NCBI GenBank assembly: GCA_001804315.1
Contig: MHFT01000024.1
Span: 13,610-77,609 of the forward strand
Reading direction: 5' to 3'
Source of the DNA: Omnitrophica bacterium RIFCSPLOWO2_12_FULL_50_11
Lineage (GTDB): Bacteria > Omnitrophota > Omnitrophia > Omnitrophales > Danuiimicrobiaceae
Length of the DNA: 64,000 nucleotides
Shown: piece after piece, positions 20,701 through 32,700 of the stretch
How the letters are laid out: each line of letters starts with the position of its first letter
How positions within the stretch are numbered: the first letter of the stretch is position 1
Position numbers and translations under genes: made by a program
Notes under the pieces: generated by a model
Databases searched by the model: none
The model's input: the letters and a program-made list of their open reading frames with translations, nothing else
What the model was told of the DNA's origin: nothing

Positions 20701-23700
20701 GATTCCGCTCACAGCGGTTGGACTTTTTTATCAGCTTGGCTACTTTCGGCAGCTCATCAGACCGTCTGGCGAGCAAGAGGAAGATAGAAGTTATGCCGGT
20801 ATCCGGAGAGATAAACGGACAGGACGGCCGCTTGATTTGCCGGTCGAAGATCCAAGAACAGGACATCCACTCATCCTGCAAATGAGAATGCCGACTGGAG
20901 GCCGTGTCGTCAAGGCAAAAGTCTGGAAGGCGCGGTTAGGAAAGGTCGATTTATTGCTTCTCGATACCAACTTGAAGGAGGAATGGGCAAACTGGAACAA
21001 CGCGTGGAATGAAGGTACAGACCTCTCTATCACAGAACAAGCTTATCGGGAACATTCGGGAACGCAGGAGCGCATGGAACAATATTTCGTGCTCGGCGTC
21101 GGCGGAATAAAGGCGCTAAAAGCATTAGGTCAAGAACCAGATGTCATCCATCTCAATGACGGCCATCCAGTATTTGCGGCCATTTCTGCTCTTGCCCAAG
21201 CGTTGGCGCGTGTGCCTCGCGCGATAGAAGATCCCAAGCTCCGGTTTGACGCAGCGCTTGAAGTAGTTCGAGCAAAGACGATCTTTACGACCCACACGCC
21301 GGTTCCTGCCGGAAATGAAGCGGTGCCGGAACATGTGATCCGCCCCTTCTTGGAGATACTTTTTCCTGGGGGAAAAGAAGTCGATCAATATGCGGTGGAT
21401 CGAATCCTCGAAATGGGACGGGCAGACGGCAACTTTAACATCACCAAATTTTCATTGCTGGTTTCAGGATTTCACAATGCCGTGAGCAAACTTCACGGCG
21501 AGGTAGCACGCAAGATGTGGCAAGGTCTTTACCCTGCTGTCCCGACAGAAGATGTTCCCATCAAAGCGATTGTCAATTCAGTTCACACGGGCGACGGCGA
21601 GCGGGAAGGAAAGTGGCAAGCTCCCCAAATTGCGGAACTGCTTCAAGAAACCTACCAGACTGCTGAAGTCCAGCGAGTAATGCACCTCGAACGAGACGAG
21701 ATGATGCGGTATCTTACGGATAACAAATGGCTGGACCAAAACGTTCCTGTTTCAACGCGAGAAAAGTTGTGGGCCGTCCATGTCGGTGTTACGAAGCTGC
21801 TCTTTAATGAGGCCGAGAAGCGGTTTACAAGGCAGGCCGCGCGGGGCGACGCGTCGCGGGAAGATTTGGCTTATCTGAAAAGTCTTGACCCACAGGCGCT
21901 CACGCTTGGTTATGCGAGGCGGTTTGCTGGGTATAAAAGGCCTGATCTCATTTTTCTAGATTTGGAGCGCTTAAGATCTATCGCCGCGAAGTCACAAGGG
22001 CTAGTACAAATCATATTTGCAGGAAAAGCTCATCCCAGAGATGACGTGGGCAAACGGTTAGTTGCTCGTGTAAATCAAATAGCGCGTGAGTTACGCAAGG
22101 AAAAGAAAATCAAAGTCATTTTCATCGAGGACTATGACGTAGCGCTGGCTCGATTGCTCGTTGCCGGAGTGCACGTTTGGCTTAACAATCCGATCCTGAA
22201 ACAAGAGGCGTCTGGAACAAGCGGACAGAAAGCACTTCTAAATGGGGTGCTGAATCTCACGATCCCCGATGGGTGGGCAGAGGGCATTGTAGACGGCGTC
22301 AACAGTTGGAAGTTTGGCGGAACGGACGTCGGGGACATCGATGCCAAGGATGCAGCTGCGCTTTACGACAAGTTGGAGAAGGAAGTGATTCCCACTTTTG
22401 ATAACAATCGGGAGGAATGGATCCGCATGATGATCCGGGGCATTCTTTCTATCGCGCATCATCACGGAGGCGAGCGGCTGCTTTTAGACTACGGCCGGGA
22501 ACTGTATGTGCCTGCTGTCAATTCAAGCGCGATGATCACGTCAGGCAACAATATTCTGACAAAGTTGCTTGCATACCGCGCGAAATCTAGCGTGGAAGAA
22601 GGAATGCTTTTTTATCTCCGGCTTCCACCCGAAGCCGAGGCAGAAAGGGTGTATTGGGCAAATAGAATTACGAACTGGGACTCTCAAGAAGATTTCGCGC
22701 TTGAGAAAATATCAGACGGCGTGTGGGCCATCGTGATTCCCGCAGAGAAAGTAGCTGGCGGTGATGTGGACTTTAAATTTATGGTATTTCCGGATCGAAA
22801 AGTCCACGGCGCGAGTAGGCCCATTTGGCTGCGGGGCGGATATCCTAACAGTTTGCGCAGCGGCATTTATCAGAATGGAAGCGTCAAAGTTGACATGGAC
22901 CACCCTTTGTTTCGTCGGGACGCAGCTCGAAAGCTGCTTGCTGCCATTCGCTCCGAAGCGCGGGATGATTGGACTGAGAGACTCGAAAACGTCATGAAGG
23001 AAATGTCCTACGTGCCGAAGTGGTTGAATGATCCAAAGTATTCGACACGTCCCGCTGTATCTCCCAAAGAGATCATTCTTCAGAGCGAAAAATTCGCCCG
23101 TTTCGCCGAAAGCCTCGCACCGGTTTTGACGCAAAAGCGTAGAGAAAAGTACGTCATGCGGCACGGGGTGAATGCATTGTCGCCTCTGAGATCTTTTGAT
23201 TTTCCTCCTCCCCTCCGGGAAGATTCCTACGGCGGCGCCGAAATCATCCTCAAAGAGGGATTTGACTGGAGCCGATTGACAGCCGGCGGGGTCATGGCCA
23301 ACATCGGGCCGTGGGAAGGCACCAAGATAACGGAAGCTGCCATCCTGGAATTTGATTTTGAAGGGGATGTCTTCACGAGCCTCGGCGCCGGCACTGACGT
23401 TAAGGATCAGCTGAGAAAATTTTTCGACACGAGCCTAGACGAAATCCATCTGCCCGAAGAACCACCTTTCTATCGGGGGCGGGGCGATCTTTTTAATTAT
23501 CTCCTCATCCTTTTATTACGTTTGTACGGAATCGACGGCGTGAATTTCGCTTATCCGGCCAAGGAATCCAACGAACCCAGATCTTTCGAATTTCTCGTGA
23601 CCCACCCCAAAGCCATCAGCCACATCCGGCTTGTTACCAGAAAACCCGGGCCAACGATTTCCAAGGAAAGAGAATCCGGCCCCCCCTCCGAAGTGCGTAC

Positions 23701-26700
23701 GGAGATTGTGCCGGAAGAGCTTGTCAAGGTTCGCTCACAGCTTGAGTATGAGCGAAGTGGCACTGGAGAAGTGTTGAATGTAAAGCCGGGAGGAATTCCT
23801 TCAGAATCGCGGAAACGAGGCCGGGAGTTTGCTTTTGACCTACGGCTGAATGCGGAGTCTCAAAACAGGAAAGCGGTCCAAAGAATCGCAGGCTTTCAGA
23901 AGAGGTTAGAAAAAATTGTCACTGCCGCCGAGCTTTTTATTCTTCCGAAAGATGCCTTCCACATTGCGTTAGGTGGCTTCTATCCTGGCGAAAGCTGGGA
24001 TTTGGATTCAAATGGGCCGATAGATTTACCAGAGGATGCGGTTGAGAACGCCCTAACCCTCTTCCAGCAAAAGCTCAATACCGCCTTCAAAGATTCGCCT
24101 GAACTCATCATTGCCATCATCGGCGCAAGGATGACAAATAATGGAACCGTGGTTCTTGATTTGAAAGAACATCATGGTGGAAAACTTGCCGGACTCCGTG
24201 GGCTGGCCTATTCCGCAATGGAGGAAGCGAACTGGCCGCCAGGAAAGTTTCGAATCAACCGCTCGAAGGATGGACAGGTAAGCGACAGCGGAATTGTGAC
24301 CTTGGCCCGGGTCATTCCTCACCCCGACAAAGATGAACCCTTGTCAAGCTCAGAGACGCTAATGCGAGTAGAAGGCAAAATTACCAAAATGGATCGTGAG
24401 CTGAAAAACAGTCCAATCACTCTCCGGTTCACTCAAGAAGATCAAGAAATAGCTCGGCTTGGAACGCGTGTTTTAATCGAAGAGATTGAGGGTTGGGCAT
24501 CCACAAATGATTTTTTGAAAGAGCGTGCGGATGAAATCGTCAAGCTTACTGCGAATGGTTTTGCCCACGAGACCTACGAAGCGGTCCGCCAAATAGAAGC
24601 AATGGATTGGGGAAGAAGAAAAGGGATTTATTCTCCTCAACAAGTTCAAAAAGATCTTCAAGGCGAACCTCCAGGAAGTCTATTGATGCTAAAGAGGCAA
24701 AGGCACAATCAAATACTTGCCACGCACGGAGAAAGGGTTGCACTTCTTGAGCTCGAATTGCGTCATTTGAGCGTCTTGACACTTTCACTCGCGTTAAAAG
24801 GAATCCCCATGGATGTGGCAAGGAGCAGCCATTATTACTATCTTTTACTTGAGATTGAGCGGTTCAAAAATTCCAACGGTATCGAGGGCCTTAACCCTGA
24901 GTTCATTTCTCCGGCGCAACAGATACTTGTCTTGAACGAGATAGCGAAATCTCAACTTCGTGGTGCACGGGAGCAACTTGGCAGACAAATCGCAGAGCAC
25001 TTAGACACCATTAGTTTTCGCTCGTCTGCCGAACGACTGTTACCCGAAATAGAAAAAATCATCGCGAGCTGGGAGGAACGTTATGTGAGAACAAAGCTTG
25101 AGCATGCTGTGTTGCAGGTAATTGGTCCCCTGAGACTAACTCGGGCGGCAGGAAAAAAGGTAAAAGATGAGATATCCCGTAGAAAAGTCGAGATCGTCGC
25201 ACACGTGGTGCGACAACTCACCCCAGACGTATTAAGTGGCCGTCGCATAACGACAAATAAGATTCGCGACGCCCTTAGAAGTAGCGGTCTCAGTTTTGAC
25301 CGTGTGAACCGGCTCAATCGTCCGGTGCGGTCCGGTATCACGAAGAAAGTCGACGAAATAGTGTTCAACATTGAAGAAAGCACGCACCGCTTGAAATTTC
25401 GTTCTGCGTTCCAAAACCCCCGCTCGGAAGCAAGGTGGCTCATAATGGCTGCGAAGATCGTTCTTATGGTCGCGGTTTTCGGTGCTCTGGGCTATTGGGC
25501 GCTCCGCGACACCAAAGATGATTGGGCCAAGGAGTTTAGTCAAATGACGGAACTTATTAAGGAGACCACCTCGACAGATGTTTTAATTGACATCGTGCGA
25601 GATACTCAAAATAACAGCATCCACCGCTGGTATGCGGTAAGACGATTAGTCGAAGCAGCCACAGTTAATGAATCTCTGAGAAAGGAAGTGGTGCCGGTGC
25701 TCATGGAAGAAATTACCCGCTATCTCAAAAAGGAGCTGGATCCACAGACGATGGTTGCGTCATGGGGGGTCGAGGTTGAGGCGATAGACGGTCTTGCCAA
25801 GTTCAAGGCGACGCGAGCAATCAACTTATTGAGACAAGTTTACACGGACGGCTCGGTCGATCAAACGGTGCGTGAAGCGGCGAGGGGAGCGGTAGAACAA
25901 TTGGAAGAGACACGATCCGGCCGCTCCAGAGTACAAGAAGGTCAATTGGACAGAGAAGAAAAATTGAAAACGTCTGGCCCGAGGAGCTCAAGATCCGAAA
26001 TTCGTAGTGAAATCGTCACTCCAAAGACGAAACTTGAAGAGAGGGGTACCCTTATTTTCCGCCGTATTCGGTATGAAATAGAGCAGATCATCCACGTGGC
26101 TGGAGATGATTTCATCCTGTTAAGAGCGAAAAAGAAGTACGCAGGGCAAAAGAGACAAAGGAGGGTTGACCGTCCCATTCATATTTCCAGAAGTAAGAGC
26201 GAGGTTACGAGCGGCCCTCTTTTACGAGTTTCCCTCAATGATGGAAACTGGAGTTACATTTCACCCAAGCGTGCTGAGGTGCGATCGCCGCAACAGAAGA
26301 AAAAAATAAAATACCCTGCCATTCATATACCCCTTGGAACGTATTTAAGGGTTTATTCTGGAATTTTTCTTCCGGCGATCTTTTTCATACTTAATGTATT
26401 AACCGTCGTAAAACTCGGGGCCCAGCTGGCAGGGGCGAAGATTTTGAATGGCCTCCCATTGGACGCTGTGATCACCGCATACGGGATTATTTTAGTCCCA
26501 GCCATCATCCATTTCGCAATGGAAAAATCTGTTTGGCTTCGGAAACGACAGCGTGCGCGAGAAGATCGGAGAAAAGCCGCTGGTATGCGCGGTGAGTCAC
26601 GCTCCCAGTCTGTTGAAGGCCGTGAACGTGCGAATGGAGATATTGGAGAACCAAAACAATCTGCAGTTCGAGACTCGGCGGACCGTGCGGAACTGCGAGC

Positions 26701-29700
26701 AGAATGGAAAGGTAAGAGTATTTTCGAAATTGGATTCGAAGCCAGTCTAATTCCTCGGGAGTTTAATTTGTTAGTGGATGCCGCGGTTAAGGGATTTAGC
26801 AATCTCAACGAGGCCGAACGAAATCAAGTGAAAAAGGTTCTTCGGAAGATTTTCGAAAAATTGGGCTTGCTCGAAACGGAAAAGCAAGAGGAGCGGCGCC
26901 GATTCCTGAGTCAAATCAGCGCGCTCATGATAAAGCTCAAAGCGCGGGGAAAGTTAGACAAATTAAAGTCAACGTTTCAAAAGAAATACTTGGACGAGAC
27001 ATCGTTCAAATTGGAGCGTGAGGTCAAAGTGTCAGGGCTTCAAACCGGTGATCAGGTACAGGAAGCAGCGGCGGAAATATCCGATGAAGAGCCTCTGGGC
27101 GCTTTGAGAAAATTGCTTGCTAAAAAACCCCGTGGGATTGAGGAAGCATATGCCTTGTCTATTTCACGAGGCGCATCTTTAGAAGAGGTTCGGAGGACAC
27201 TCAAAGAAGCTGGCTATGAGATGACGCAATGGAGACGCGACGGGTTGCTCGGCCTCTTTCGATTTAAACGAAATGTGTGGTTGAAAGTGCAAGAGCCCCG
27301 CCGGGCCGAGGTGCGGCACGAGCTGGTGCAGAGTGTGGAATTCGGAGTGCGAAGCAGACGCGAACGAGACGACTCGATCATTCCGTATTCCGCACTCTCC
27401 ATTCCGCACTCGGAAACACGGGCTGAGATGCGGGGACAATTGGAAGAAGATTGGAAAATAGCACGTTCTGCTGTGTGGTTTTTTTTGAGGAGAGGGGTTT
27501 ATTTTAAGCAGGACATCGAAGATGCTTTTCAGGATATCCATCTTGCGTTTGCGGAGGAGAGGCAGAAGGGAAAACCCTTATCAGAACTGGAGCTGAGAAA
27601 GATTGCTCTGGCCGCCCTTTCAAAACATGTGAGGGATTATCATAAGTACAAGCGTGTGGTTAGAGGGTTTCAAGCTGCATATAGATCGCTCGTCACAAAG
27701 CGCCGCGGCCCACGTCCTATGCTTGATGATGTCGATCTCTTGATACCTGAGGTAGGGGAAGAGACATTTGGGGACAGGCTTAGATCTCATTTCAGAAGGC
27801 GAGGGTGGTCCCAGCGACGAGGAGCGCGTGAATTAGGATTTTCGTACGGCTCCATTAAACCGTGGATATCAGGTAAGATTCCAAGCCCATTCTTTGTGAA
27901 ACGGCTTGCGACCGCACTGGACACGACGGTAAGTGAGTTGATGATAGGAATACCTAGGGAAGAGTTGCTCGCCATCAGGATTGAAGATGAAGAAAGTGGC
28001 GAATACAGAAAAATCTTGGGGTTGAAGGTCAAAGTTTTGAGATATGAAAAAGGATGGACAAAAAGCAGGCTTGCTCGCGAGGTGGGTATCAAGGATAACA
28101 CCATTATCAGACTGGAGGCAGGCGAACCTACGTTTCCCTATCGGTACATTGGAAAACTTGCCGAAACGCTGGGTACGACGATAGGCGATCTTATTGCAGG
28201 AATGCCTGACGAAAAAATAATGGCTATTCGTGTTTTTGACGAGAAAAGCGAGGAGCATCGTGAACTCTTTGGGCTCAAATTAAGAGTCCTCAGATATAGG
28301 CGAAGATTATCTCAGACCGGTTTCCAGGGCCAGAGTAGCACCTCCGCATGGGAAAGTGGGAAATGGTTCCCCTATCCCAGAAGCATGAAAATCATTGCGC
28401 GCAACTTAAAAACAACTGTGAGCGAACTTTTAGCCGGCATACCTGAAGAGAAGTTAATGAGCATGCGGGTCCGAGACGAGAAAAGCCGGGAAGCAAAACA
28501 AATTCTTGGATTAAAGATCAAAATTTTTAGATACAAACGGGGTTGGACCTTAACCGAACTTGCTCAAGAAATGCACGTGCATGTTGATACGGCTTCAGAT
28601 TGGGAAGCCGGACTGCACTTCCCTGCGATACGGCATTTCAAACAGCTAGCAGAACGACTGAATTCTACGGTGAGCCATCTTCTGGTGGGTTTGCCCGCAG
28701 AGGAGATAAAAACAAGATTAAAAAATGGCAATGACCCGGACTATGCCGACCTATTCAATCTCATGATCCGGGTTGTAAGATACGAGAACGGTTGGTCATC
28801 GGGCAAGCTCGGCGCTGAAGTTGGGATTCCTCGGGTAACCATCGATGGATGGTCATGGAGTCGAGCAGTTCCCGCCCCTAACAATTGGAAAAAATTGACT
28901 ACTGGAAAAGGGCACGTTCTTTTCGGTGACTACCTTCCTCCGTCACGGCCGAAACCCACAGAGCTTGATGAGACAGAACGTAAAGTTCATGAACTGTATC
29001 AACAACTAGGTCGATACAGTTCTGTCGCCAGAGCAATGGGATGGCAAGGAGCAGCAGGCGGCGTGAGGGCCCGGCACATATACCTGCGGTCTCTTCGGAA
29101 ATTGGGGGCTCAGAGCCGCGCTGAGGTGCGGAACGAACTGGTGCGGAATGCGGAATTCGGAGTGCGGAGTGGACGTCAACTCGAAGACTTGATCATTCCG
29201 CATTCCGCCCTCCCCATTCTGTACTCGGAACCACGGCCTGAACTGCGGATGGGGCTGGAAGAGATCGCGATCTATGAGGAAGACGTGGATCTCGAAGCGT
29301 ATCAGCGCGTGATGCGTTCTGCCGAGGTCCGTTTCTTAACGCGTGAGGAGGAAAAGATCCTTTTTCGTGCCCTTCATGCTCGAAATCTAAAAGGAGAAGA
29401 GCGCAGGACTCTCTTTGACTTTCTAGTCTTGAAATATCTTCCTAGGATTAAACGCGTGATCCGTAAACTCGTACGCGGTGAGGGGCGAGACAAGGACAAT
29501 ATGTATCAGGACGGTTCTTTGGGGTTAATGGAAGCAGTCTGTCGTTTTGATTACCGTCTCGGGACGAGGTTTGGTACATTTGCCGACTGGTGGATATGGG
29601 GCAAAATTCTAATCGGTTTGAATGACTTAGCCACTGGAAAGTTACCGTCTCAGGAGCGGGAACTCGTCCCCGCAATCTTGAGCTCTCAACAGGAATTAAC

Positions 29701-32700
29701 ACAGCTTTTCAAGCGTGAACCCACCATGGAGGAATTGGCCAAAGCGCTAGGGGAAGAGGAAAAAACGGTGATCCGCATCCTTTCCTTCTTCTCACGGGCA
29801 AAGTCCTTAGATGCCCCAGCAGGGAACGGTGAATTAAACCGCTATCAATTCCGCTCGGATCCAAAAGCGGAAACTCCGGAGGCGATCGCGGTTCGTGAGG
29901 AAGAACACCGCGAGATAGTCCCAGAGATTTCAAGAAGGCTAGCCCTTCTTTCCTCTTACCAGCAGCTCGTCATCAAACTGCGGTTTGGAATTGGCACGCA
30001 AAAAGAGGGCGGTTATACACTCGACGAGATTGGAACAATGCTGGGGGTCACAAGAGAGAACATCCGTCAGATCGAAGATCGTGCAATCAAAAATATGCGC
30101 AGCAACACTATTTCAGACGCCAAGACTCGTCCCGTATCCACTGAACATGGTGATGTTTACCTTGTGGAAGTCGTCGGCATAAAGCCGGATCATCCTGTTT
30201 TTGAGGACATGCGGCTCAAGCCACTTATCGAGATAAAAGAGCTTTACGAAAGGGGCTTTTTTGCCAATTTCATTCCGGCACAAAACTTGACGATGGGCAG
30301 GGTCAGAAATGTTAAGCCTCGTGTCGGCTACCGGAGACGCGTAGCGGCAACGGCCCGAGCAGCCGCTCACCGTGCTGAGGCGCGCAGTGGAAGCGTGAGG
30401 GAGTATGCGACGTGGGATCACTTCCATAGCTTGATTCATGTCCTCGCGATAGATAGCGAGGAAAAGAATCGGCTGGAAGCGTATAAGCGATTGAGAGAGC
30501 TAGCATTGTTTCAACCGTTCCACTTTGGCCTTGCTTTGGTGCGGCATGTCGGAGGTGAAATAGCTTCTTATGCTAAATCCATTTTGCTGGAGGTTGCGTG
30601 GGAAAACCCAGAGATCATGACTGGACCCATTGTGAGCTCACTTGAAGATCCGAGTCGGAATCCGCATGCTGAAGAACTTCTCGGCCAGTGGATTGACCTC
30701 ATCATCAAAAAGAAAGATCGAAACAAACTCAGTATTGTTGCCCGGCCTCTGATCGGCATCTTAGCTCTTGAGATAGCCCGCCCTGCTGCCGAAAGATTGA
30801 TTCAAAAAATTGCTCTTTTTGATCTCGGTGTAATTGTGAATCGATTCATGGGGGCACTCAAAGATCCCGCGAGGCGGGCGATCGTCGGGCACCTCCTTGT
30901 AGTCATTAGCCGTTATTCTGCTGGCGCAGCAAAGTTCGTCACCGAAACTGTCATTGAAAATCTTTATGACAATGAAATCGCCGAATACCTTATAGAAGTA
31001 CTTCTTGAGATTTCCAAGGATGCGGGCGAAAAGACGGTAAAACATATTTTGTGGTTATTAATGGATGTTTTGCATTTTGAGGATTACCTGAAGCGGGTTC
31101 GTTTTGTTCCGTTCAAGGAACGGCTAAGAGAAAATAAGGGAGATTTCCGTCGAAACGCAGCCGCGGTTTTATCGAGAATGCTGGTGACATATCCGGTCGA
31201 AACAGTGCACATTGTAGTCGGCCATGCTTTGAATCATGACGTCCGGCAGTACGCCGACGAAATCCTCGCTGAAATCGAGGATAAACAACCCCAGATTCTT
31301 ACTGATTCCTATGTGGCAGCTCAGGGCCGAATGAGTCCAAATGAATTTGTGGAAAGCGAGTTGATTCGTCTCGCTGCATCACATCGAGGGCCTATCCTCA
31401 ACTCGCTCATCAAATCGCTTAAGAGACAATCAAAAGCTCCGGCCTTAGTTTCGCTTCTGATAAAGATGGCGCGGTCTAACTCTGAGCTTTCAGGTTTCAT
31501 TCAAGAGCGCCTCAAGTCTGCGATGTCTGAGGTGCCGACGCATCGGAACCTCGATCGCTTCGGTCAACAAATTCTTGCCCAAATCCAGTCCCGCAATGAA
31601 GTGCGATTGGGATTAAATTTGGCCAAGGAGAGAAAAGTACTGCTCTCGGGAAATGCCAGCCGTGCGGAGGTTATTCAAAATGATGAAAACGGGCACAGCC
31701 CGATATTGAGGAATGACGATCGGACGGCTGACGCCAGGCTTGATGTAAACAAGGTGGTCGCCAGTTTGACGCACACGCCGAAAACCGGCCAATTCGAAGA
31801 CTCGACAAAGGTTTTGATACGGAATCGGAGTGATGCGGCTCATGGAGCAGGAGACGATTTAGAAAGTGACTTCGCTATGCTCGGTAGCAATAAGAGGAGG
31901 AGAAGTCCATTCGGTTCCAGCCGGATCTCGGGCAATGAAACCTTCTTCTTGAAGAATGTCCTTGAGCGTTCCCATTCTGGAACTTTCCTCAAGGAACAGC
32001 CGAACCGCTTCCATAAGCCTGCGCCGCGCATCGTCCACCGTATCTCCGCAGCTGGCAACGGACAATTCTGGGCAGACACTGACAAACGTCGGCCCCTCTC
32101 TAAAAATCAAGGAAGTGAATTCAATCTTTCTCATGGCATTCAAACTATAACACAGAACCGGGATGCCGTAAAGCAGCCCTCTTACCGCTCTGCAGTGCGT
32201 GAAAAATTCAGGGGAGAGGCGAGAGAGGAGAGGGAAGAGAAAAAGCGCTTACCTCTTACCGCTTCTCTCTCGCCTCTCACCACTCACCTCTCCCCTGATT
32301 CTTCCCGCCCCGCGGCACGCAAACGAGTGCGAAGCGGACATGAACTCGAAGACTCGATCATTCCGCATTCCAGACTTCCCAATCCGCACTCGGAAACACC
32401 GGCTGACGCGCGGGATCTCGTAGTTGCGCATGACGAATTGCCAGTGACGAAAGGTAGAAGACCTTGGCAGTACGAACGCGCGGATCTAAGGCACCGAGCG
32501 CGCTCTAGAGGTGTGAGTGCTTTTCGCGGCGGCGGCCCTGCCAATCGAGAAAGACAATTCCGAGAATTATTACAAGCAGGATCACAGCAAGAAACACAAC
32601 ATTCGCTGTTGCTCCATCCATTTTTGTTTCCTCTCGTCAGGATTGATCCAGAGAATGAAGGCAAAAGCAACAAGATAAATTATAACCCCGGCCACCAGAA

